Source: Octopus sinensis (lineage: Eukaryota). From it: DNA of 64,000 nt. Positions within the stretch are counted from its first letter, which is position 1. The number at the start of each line of letters is the position of its first letter. Location: positions 112,034,001 to 112,098,000 of the forward strand of contig NC_043002.1 of assembly GCF_006345805.1 (NCBI RefSeq), in the 5' to 3' direction. Below the pieces are notes generated by a model. That model was not told the DNA's origin and made no database searches. It saw nothing but the letters and a program-made list of their open reading frames with translations. Of the stretch, positions 54,620 through 64,000 are shown one piece after another. Position numbers and translations under genes: made by a program.

Positions 54620-54830
54620 TCAGCCTTACAGCTGTTTCTGGGATATCCCAGAGTATGGGATATTTCGTATTCAGAGACAAATGGGGAAAATGAGAAGTGT
54701 ATAGATTAATGAAATGACGACATAGACCCCTTACTCTTGCCTTCTATGTTGTCATTTCATTAATCTATCCCCTTCTCATTTTCCCTATTTGTTTCTGATG
54801 ACGGAATATCCCATACTCCGTAAGACTTTG
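54620..54830. repeat. Fold-back of a PLE pLTR with a hammerhead-like remnant in each arm
   Basis: 54651..54727 is inverted at 54744..54818; the left arm is homologous to 41305..41375. Confidence 0.85.
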
Positions 54831-55049
54831 AATTTTTCTATTAATAATAACGTATACGACATGAGATGCTTGCTTTGCCTTAAAATTTGTTGTCCTCTTT
54901 AACAATTATATATCCACTATATCGGAAATCTGCAATGGCTCCATATCTACCGTCTCGGTTACAACCTTGGAACCCTAGTAATGCGTTACAGCACTTACCT
55001 ACAGTACCAAATCGTTTAGATCACTTGTGAACTAAACCCCCATAATTTG

Positions 55050-55083
<34 letters not shown>

Positions 55084-55189
55084 AGCACATATAATATATA
55101 TATATAATATATATAATATATATAATATACTATACATTATATATATATATACATATATATATATACATACATACATATATATATATATA

Positions 55190-55372
55190 TAGTTAATCCA
55201 AACAGAAAACACAAAAAAAACAACGCGAGGACGTGGACTAAATATAGTATTATTGAACGCTCAGAAAAGAAGGGAAGAAGGGGGGTTTAACGTTTCGAGC
55301 GGAGCTCTTCGTCGGAAACATAGGAGAAGGAAAGATCCCGAGAAGGGAAGACAGAGGGAAAAAAATCGCCAT
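55190..55372. mobile_element. pLTR-like element; hammerhead-like motif at 55285..55319 (-)
   Basis: GTTT-CCGACGA-A-GAGC-TCC-GCTC-GAAAC-GTT-AAAC. Confidence 0.7.
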
Positions 55373-56039
55373 TTTATATATATATATATGTAGTATAAAC
55401 ATATATTCATATCTATATATATAGGTATATATGTATGTGTGTATGTATGCATGTGTGATTGTTTGTCTCTGCATGTGAGTGTGGTGGTGGTGGTGGTGGT
55501 GGTGGCGTTTAGTGTGGATACATATATAAACATTTCTTCTACTTAACATCGAATCTGCTTAATATCAGTAAACAAATATGCGAAAAGCTGTATTTGATAG
55601 AAAACAAATTCCATATTGTTTCTGTAACCCATAACAACACAAATGATTCATAATGAAATTTGGCGTAATATATTTCGATGGTTGTTCGATTCTATGTTAT
55701 TCTGTCTAGATAATACCTCGCGGATTTGTGCAAGTCGACTATTTTTGTAGTAACACACGATGCATCTGTTATACACCCATCACAGTGCCAATTGCAATTT
55801 ATGTACATTTATCTCCACCTCTCAGACTAATTGACAGTTTTACTCTACACGGTGTCTATGCTTCTGTCTCTCATGTGCCCTCTCTGTTCGTCTACCATGT
55901 AGATATATATATGTGTGTTTGTGTGTGTGTATGTGCGCGTGTGAGAGAGAGACTGTGTGTGTGTGTTTGTATGTATGTACGTATGTATGTGGGGTTTATA
56001 TAATATATAGGCATATTTATGTGTGTATAGTCCCTCTAG

Positions 56040-56270
56040 CGTCTAGCGTCTGACCTCTGCCTGAAGTCAGAACGCCATGATAGATCGTTAGCTCCTACAC
56101 GCATTTTTTCTCTCCTTGTTTTTTTCTGTGTATCTTTCTTCGAAGAGCGGTAGGCTCGAAACGTAAAGACTTGTTCTATTCTATTCTATTCCTTAGCGCA
56201 TACTAATACTTTGTTTGTTTGTACTCCACCTGCCTTCGTCTTTTGTTTATTTTCGTAACCTTCCCGTTAT
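56040..56270. mobile_element. pLTR-like element (inverted relative to 10282); degenerate hammerhead-like motif at 56132..56170 (+)
   Basis: Reverse-complement similarity to 10282..10490. Confidence 0.75.
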
Positions 56271-56391
56271 ATATATATTATATATATATATATATATATA
56301 TTCGTAAATATATATACATACTCTCATTATGCACACATGCTGATATGTACGTATATAACATTCGCTGCATACATACAAGCATATATGTGCA

Positions 56392-56443
<52 letters not shown>

Positions 56444-57989
56444 TGTGTGTGTGGTGTGTGCTTTTGCGGTTTATACAAGAATTTTTCTTAACAGCATGCA
56501 AGACATTCAGAAAGCGGCAAAATCAGTTTGTACCTGCATGTATCTGAGCCTGCATGTGTGGATAAAACTGCAAGCATTTAGTGGATATACATGTCACTAC
56601 TGTGCAAAAGTTTGTCTGCTTTTTTTACTATTTGCGTGTGCCCGTGTATGCGTTTTTCTTACGTAGATTTGGATATGTGCATACATTTATGTTGGCGCTG
56701 CAAATGCAGAATCACTGGAATGCTTTAGTAACTTTTAGCGTACCGGAAACTTAATGGCAATAGGAGGATGCCAATCAGTTTGCAACGTTCTTTTACGGAG
56801 AATCCCCAGCATTCTACGCTTTTATGTAAATTTCTTGTAAGTAATCCATTGCAGGTATGCTATAGCCCGTTTGTTATAGGTACAATTAAAAATCTCTAGC
56901 CTGGCTATAAGAGCTGTCAGTTTTTCATTAGTTCTCAATAAATGTCCTTCGTTTCGGAAATTTTTTACGAGTTATCAAAGACTAACGCGCAGATCATGTA
57001 CGTACGTATGTATGTATGTATGTATGTATGTATGTATGTATGTATGTATGTATGTATGTATGTATGTATGTATTTATGTATGTATGTATGTATTTATGTA
57101 TGTATGTATGTATGTATGTATGTATGTATGAGTATGTGTTTTTGTGTACAAACGGTTGGAATATATTGCTGAGTATGTGAAGTAAAGCATATATTTTTGT
57201 TCAAATTTGGTGAATCCTTCCGTCACTATTCAGTATTTCTTGCAAGAGGCCGTTCCCTGTTAGGTAAAGATATGCATCCCAAATATTAAACTTCATGATA
57301 AATTAGCGACAGTGAAATTACAAATCTGGTTATATGAGATTTAAGGGAAACAGTCGCAAGCATAAATATCACTAGAGTAAATAAAATAATAAATGGAGGA
57401 GCTACAATTTCTAAAATGCTAATTGACTTCCTCCTCTGATATCCTCAAATATGAATATCAAAACTAACCCAAAAAATATTGAAAATAAAGTCATAAAAAT
57501 AGATGTAAATACAAAAACAGAAGTGTCACTCCTTAAGGAAATCAATAACAAAAGACGCCATAACAGTTTAGAAAAAGATACAAAATACTACAGGAGTAAA
57601 GTATAATATAATCCTTCCTGCTATAGGCACAAGGCCTGAAATTGTTGGTCAGGGAGATAGTCGATGACATGAACTCCAATATTCAACTGGTACTTATTTT
57701 ATCGATCTCGAGAGGTTGAAGGGTGAAGGCGACTTGGGTGGAATTTGAACGTAAAAATGAATGGAAGGTCACTAAGATTGAAGAATTCTGAAGAAAGCTA
57801 CAATCATCGAAAGAATTATTACGAAAGAGATCGCTTAAAACAACAGACACGGTTCTTCAATAATCATGGAAGGTTATACCAATCCAAGAAGTAGCTGAGA
57901 TGCTATAAAATAGATGGCTCCAGGAAATTATCAGTTTTTATGCTGTTGTTTGAAATATTTAGAGGGTGCGCGTAAAGTACTCCCAGAAA

Positions 57990-58386
57990 TCTTTATATAT
58001 AAAAGTGAGGTTGCGTGATGTCTGTCTCCTACGATTTAGATTCCTAACTACTCCCACATTTTGCGGTGCAGTTTAACCAAAACCGGGTATCTTATAGACG
58101 TGATTCATATCGAGCCCTTCTGGGTATTAGCGCGCGTCTACGATGAGTCTACGATTTAAAAAAAAATTTACCATCAATTTTTCCCATTTTTAATGCATTT
58201 TTGGCATATATAAGGGAAGTAACTCTCTAAAAATTTATTATTAAATCTCAGAACGTAAAAAGCTACAGTAACACCCCCCCCTTTGTTGTTAGCCATATTG
58301 AGATGGCTATTATACTTTACATCTCTAAAAATGCTTATATAGTTATTTCCCTTACAAACCCGAGCAACGTCGGGCGATACTGCTAG
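57990..58386 (+). mobile_element. Non-autonomous Helitron, copy 6
   Basis: A|TCTTTATATATAAAA ... CTAG|T. Confidence 0.93.
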
Positions 58387-58564
58387 TATTTAATAAGATA
58401 CAGAAAGGGCCAGTAACAGACCCTGGGTGCTTTACTAAAGCGAGTAAACCATCTGCTTGACCAACACTAAAAAAGAAACACCAAACCATATACTTCTACA
58501 GACTCATGAGCAGCCCTCCTAAACCTCCAAAAGTTTGCAATAATCTCACAGCTAATGAAAATTA

Positions 58565-58664
58565 CACTGCGTGGCATCTTGGGCAAGTGTCTTCTGCTTT
58601 AGCCCCGGGCTGACCAATGTCTTGTGAGTGGATTTGGTAGACGGAAACTGAAAGAAGCCCGTCG

Positions 58665-58732
<68 letters not shown>

Positions 58733-58950
58733 TGTGTGTGTGTCTGTGTTTGTCCCCCTAGCATTTCTTGACAACCAATGCTGGTGTGTTTACGTCCCCG
58801 TCACTTAGCGGTTCGGCAAAAGAGACCGATGGTATAAGTACTGGGCTTACAAAGAATAAGACCCGGGGTCGATTTGCTCGACTAAAGGCGGTGCTCCAGC
58901 ATGGCCGCAGTCAAATGACTGAAACAAGTAAAAGAGTAAAAGAGAAAGAG
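58565..58950 (+). mobile_element. SINE family B, 5'-truncated
   Basis: Starts at cactgcgtggcatcttgggc. Confidence 0.92.
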
Positions 58951-59049
58951 AGGATAAATGCATTTTCAGAAGGAAAAATTACATTTATCGCTCGACTTTT
59001 CACATACTAAATCAAAACTGAAAGTCGTCTGTTGCTAGAGAAAGAGTCG

Positions 59050-59088
59050 TTCCTTATTTACTGTGGTTACCCCGACTCAACCCGGACC

Positions 59089-59173
<85 letters not shown>

Positions 59174-60218
59174 GTAAATGCATAATATATATTATATATT
59201 AATATATATAAATAGATAGATTGATAGATAGATTCAGATGAATATAGTATTTAAGTTAAAGGCACCAGTATTTGGTATGGTATTATCCATATAAATCAAA
59301 TGGGGTGATTATAATCAAAATAAGCAACAAGAATATCCAAGTACAATTGTTTCATGCTGCTTCCTTTTATTAAACACTGTATTATATCAATTTTAAAATA
59401 TCGAGCATAAATAAGTATAAAAATGTACGTTGTCCATTTAATTAACAAAATCTATATGTGGCTGAAGATTGCTCGACATTTTAAAACTGATGTAATACTT
59501 ACAGTGGTTAATAAAATGAAGTAGCATGAAACTATTGTACTACACTACCTTGGATATCCTTGTTGCTTATTTTGATTATATATATATATATATATATATT
59601 TAGTGTAGGAAGAAATGGAGCTGAACGAAGATTTAACAAAATTCCTTTTTATTATTTTCTACATATGGGACTTTGCAGCCTTTGAAACATATGTAGAAAA
59701 TATTAAAAAGGAATTTTGTTAAATCTTCGTTCAGCTCCATTTCTTCCTACACTAAATATATAAACTTCAAATTTCCGCACTAAGGCACGGGTTTGAGACC
59801 CCATGGTCGTAACCTCAACCGTGATTTTTCTGTTGTGATTTTTGCTACCCAGGTATCGGTTATCTTTTGAATAATCCGTAACAAGATAATTCATTTATCC
59901 ATTTCAATAAATATATATATTGAAATGGATAAATGAATTATCTTGTTACGGATTATTCAAAAGATAACCGATACCTGGGTAGCAAAAAACCACAACAGAA
60001 AAATCACGGTTGAGGTTACGACCATGGGGTCTCAAACCCGTGCCTTAGTGCGGAATTTGAAGTTTATATATTTAGTGTAGGAAGAAATGGAGCTGAACGA
60101 AGATTTAACAAAATTCCTTTTTAATATTTCTACATATGTTTCAAAGGCTGCAAAGTCCCATATGTAAAATAATAAAAAGGAATTTTGTTAAATCTTCGTT
60201 CAGCTCCATTTCTTCCTA

Positions 60219-60257
<39 letters not shown>

Positions 60258-60614
60258 CAAATATAATAATACAAGCAACAAGGATATCCAAGGTAGTGTA
60301 GTACAATAGTTTCATGCTACTTCATTTTATTAACCACTGTAAGTATTACATCAGTTTTAAAATGTCGAGGATCTTCAGCCACATATAGATTTTGTAATTA
60401 AATGGACAACGTACATTTTATACTTATTTATGCTCGACATTTAAAAATGATATAATACAGTGTTTAATAAAAGAAGTAGCATGAAACAATTGTACTTGGA
60501 TATCCTTGTTGCTTATTTTGATTAAATCACCCCCATTTGATTTATATGGATAATACCATACCAAATACTGGTGCCTTTAACTTAAATACTATATTCATCT
60601 GAATCTATCTATCA

Positions 60615-60671
<57 letters not shown>

Positions 60672-60686
60672 TACATATATGTATCC

Positions 60687-60742
<56 letters not shown>

Positions 60743-60785
60743 GGTCCCGGGTTGAGTCGGGGTTAACCACAGTAAATAAGGTACT
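59050..60785. repeat. ~1.7-kb nested palindrome centred near 59911
   Basis: ccttatttactgtgg..cggacctac at the left end mirrors gtaggtcccggg..ccacagtaaataagg at the right; arms match inward to an AT-rich centre. Confidence 0.95.
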
Positions 60786-60806
60786 CAATACATAGCAGAG
60801 TAAATT

Positions 60807-60837
<31 letters not shown>

Positions 60838-60870
60838 ATATATCTATATATATATATATATATATATATA

Positions 60871-61033
60871 CACAAACCGGAGTGGTAAATATACTGGTGG
60901 CATTTGGTAAAGCTATCGAATAGCGCCGATGACGGAATTCAAACTAATTTTTTCTATGTTTGCGATCCAGAAACACGTGTTCGCTATTAACGGTAAGTGA
61001 CTGATTTCGTATATTTACCACTCCGGTTTTGTG
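60871..61033 (+). ncRNA. Element bounded by 24-bp inverted repeats, containing a type I hammerhead-ribozyme-like fold (60919..60988)
   Basis: AATAGCG / CCGATGA / CGGA..TCCA / GAAA / CACGTG / TT / CGCTATT; folded by eye. Confidence 0.65.
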
Positions 61034-61309
61034 TATGTGAGCCGTAAGGGCCTTCGTTTTTGGAATCTCCACTTATAGAAAATGGAAAAAACGGTCTTTG
61101 ACTGCCATTTCTAATTCCTTCGGTATGAGGCGAAACAGCCTGCTGCTAGCCATCTTATTTTTTCTTTACTATATACTGAACCTTACAAAGGTCCTGACAA
61201 TTAATTTGTCGTATTTACATACCGAAATTTACCGGTAAATAATTGTTGGTTACATGAAAAACCACAGGAAAATTATTTACCATTTTTATTGCATTATATA
61301 TATATAATA

Positions 61310-61321
61310 TACATATGTAAA

Positions 61322-61363
<42 letters not shown>

Positions 61364-61379
61364 TAATAGATAGATAGAT

Positions 61380-61418
<39 letters not shown>

Positions 61419-61730
61419 TAGATAGATAGAGATAGATAGATAGATAGATTGATAGATAAATAGATAGATAGATAGATTCAGATGGATTTAGTACTTAAGT
61501 TAAAGGCACCAGAATTTGGTATGGTATTATCCATATAAATCAAATGGGGTGATTATAATCAAAATAAGCAAGAAGGATATCCAAGTACAATCGTTTCATG
61601 TTACTTCCTTTTATTAACACTGTATTACATCAGTTTTAAAATGTCGAGCATAAATAAGTATAAAAATGTACATTGTCCATTTAATTAGCAAATTCTATAT
61701 GTGGCTGAAGATTGCTCGACATTTTAAAAC
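61310..61730 (+). repeat. Third copy of the outer palindrome arm
   Basis: Matches about 59165..59500, including the microsatellite flanks. Confidence 0.92.
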
Positions 61731-61762
61731 ATACATACATATATTTATATATATATACATAC

Positions 61763-61846
<84 letters not shown>

Positions 61847-61934
61847 TATATATACAAAAGGAGGCAGAGAAGCAGAGAATATTAAGAAAATCGATATCAA
61901 AATACGAAATTATTAAGACACAGACAGACACATC

Positions 61935-62021
<87 letters not shown>

Positions 62022-62096
62022 TGATTGATTGATTGGTAGACAGATATATAGATAAAGGGTTGTCTACATCTCGGTGTCAGAACTATACTCCCATCT

Positions 62097-62297
62097 TTTA
62101 CTCTTTTACTTTTTTCAGTCATTTGACTGCGGCCATGCTGGAGCACCGCCTTTAGTCGAGCAAATCGACCCCGGGATTTATTCTTTGTAAATCCAGTACT
62201 TATTCTATCGGTCTCTTTTGCCGATCCGCTAAGCGACGGTTGTCACGCATGCTAGGGGGACAAACACAGACACACAAACACACACACACACACACAC

Positions 62298-62367
<70 letters not shown>

Positions 62368-62532
62368 TACGACAGGCTTCTTTCAGTTTCCGTCTACCAA
62401 ATCCACTCACAAGGCATTGGTCGGCCCGGGGCTATAGCAGAAGACACTTGCCCAAGATGCCACGCTTTGGGACTGGACCCGGAACAATGTGGTTGGTTAG
62501 CAAGCTACTTACCACACAGTCACTCCTGCGCC
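62097..62532 (-). mobile_element. SINE family B
   Basis: Reverse complement with a small internal deletion. Confidence 0.92.
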
Positions 62533-63365
62533 TATATAAGCACCACCACATTAAGATTTTAACTTTTGAATTAGTGATCTTTTAATGATATTTAATAATA
62601 TTCCTTCAAAAAACTTGTAACCACTTTTAAGTTGAGATATTACTTATTACACTTTTCCAAAGATTAACTTCAGAGATCTTATAAACAGCGTAGTTAATGT
62701 TGAATCATATATCTAACCTGATGTCATGTTATTGAATGTAATAATGGTTTTTCGAAAGATGCACAAGCATAAACTATAATCAAAGTGGATATATGGAGTG
62801 TTTGAATGAATGTTACATCTCTCTATATTCGCAGATGAAACCATCAGGGGCTTATAAATTTGTCGACGAATATTAGCCAAAGTTTCGCACGAACTTTGAA
62901 GCGATTGGAGTTTCATTAATTGTGAACAGAAATGAAAACTATAAAAGTTATGGATTAACTTCCTTCAGTTGCTTGTAAATTAGCATTGTCTATTAACGAC
63001 ATTCGTCTTCTGTAATAAAATATGGCGGTCACGGCAAGAAATAGATTCATGTTTCATAGGATATTGTACGAGATTTCGTATGATGAATATTAGTTTTATC
63101 CATCCTGAGGTAAAAAAAATTACAGAAGCGGAATAGCTTGTGCATCTGCATCCTGTCCGAAGACTTTGGGACACATAGCGTATTGCATGCTGTATGCATT
63201 ATGGCTCAGCATCATTCACGTCTAAGTAGTTGAAATATGGTACCAAATTATGAAAGTACTCACACGCATATTAAAGTAAATGCAAATACGTGCAAATACA
63301 CATAATCTCAAATACTTGTTTAGCTTTTCTAACCTCTCAATAATTCAAATGTCTTTTCCCACCGC

Positions 63366-63414
<49 letters not shown>

Positions 63415-63415
63415 G

Positions 63416-63900
63416 GCGCAGGAATGGGTGTGTGGTAGGAAGCTTGCTTCGTAACCACATCGTTCCGGGTTCAGTCTCGGAACTGCGTGGCACCTTGTGT
63501 GTCTTTTACTATAGCCGCAGGCCGACCAAAACCTTGTGAGTGGATTTGGGAGAAGGAAACTGAAAGAAGCCTGTTGCATGTATATACATGTGTGTGTGTG
63601 TGTGTGTACTTATTTGTGTTTCTGTGTTTGTTCCTCCACCATCGCTTGACAACCGATGCTGGTGGTTTATGTCCCTGTAACTTAGCAGTTCGGAAAAAGA
63701 GTCCGATAGAATAAGTACTAGGCTTACAAAGATTAACTTCAGAGATCTTATAAACAGCGAAGTTAATGTTGAATCATATATCTAACCTGATGTCATGTTA
63801 TTGAATGTAATAATGGATTTTCTAAAGATGCACGATTTGTTCAACTAAAGCCGGTGTTTCAGCATGGATGCAGTCAAATGACTGAAACAAGTAGAAGAAT
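63416..63900 (+). mobile_element. SINE family B carrying a 107-bp templated insertion (63727..63833)
   Basis: Insert matches 62658..62764. Confidence 0.9.
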
Positions 63901-64000
63901 CAAAGACTATATGTTCCAAATAACGGTAATTTATTGGATGAAAGCGATTGACCGTAACGGGAAATTGTGTAAGCATTACGGTGAGTCAAGTAAAACGTTG

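Overview
Repeat-dense eukaryotic DNA that looks intronic or intergenic. The SINE families and microsatellite load resemble an Octopus (coleoid cephalopod) assembly; this is inferred from recognising the repeats, not from a search. I found no intact protein-coding gene, no prokaryotic system and no CRISPR array. Almost all listed ORFs are microsatellite or SINE read-through. What can be supported: three tRNA-derived SINE families (about 25 copies or fragments), six copies of a ~400-bp non-autonomous Helitron, two decayed Ty3/Gypsy pol fragments, several Penelope-like (PLE) fragments, RLE-type LINE 3' ends (Hero-like and R4/Dong-like), mariner and hAT fragments, a near-perfect U6 snRNA copy abutting a SINE, and a 100-N gap. 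The most interesting unexplained layer is a set of fold-back elements, mostly in (TA)n tracts, derived from PLE termini. They carry type I hammerhead-ribozyme-like folds, several with a recurrent CCGAnGA (U4C) core, and include a 1.7-kb nested palindrome. A PLE with a textbook twin-priming inversion is also present. All folds and alignments were done by eye and are uncomputed.
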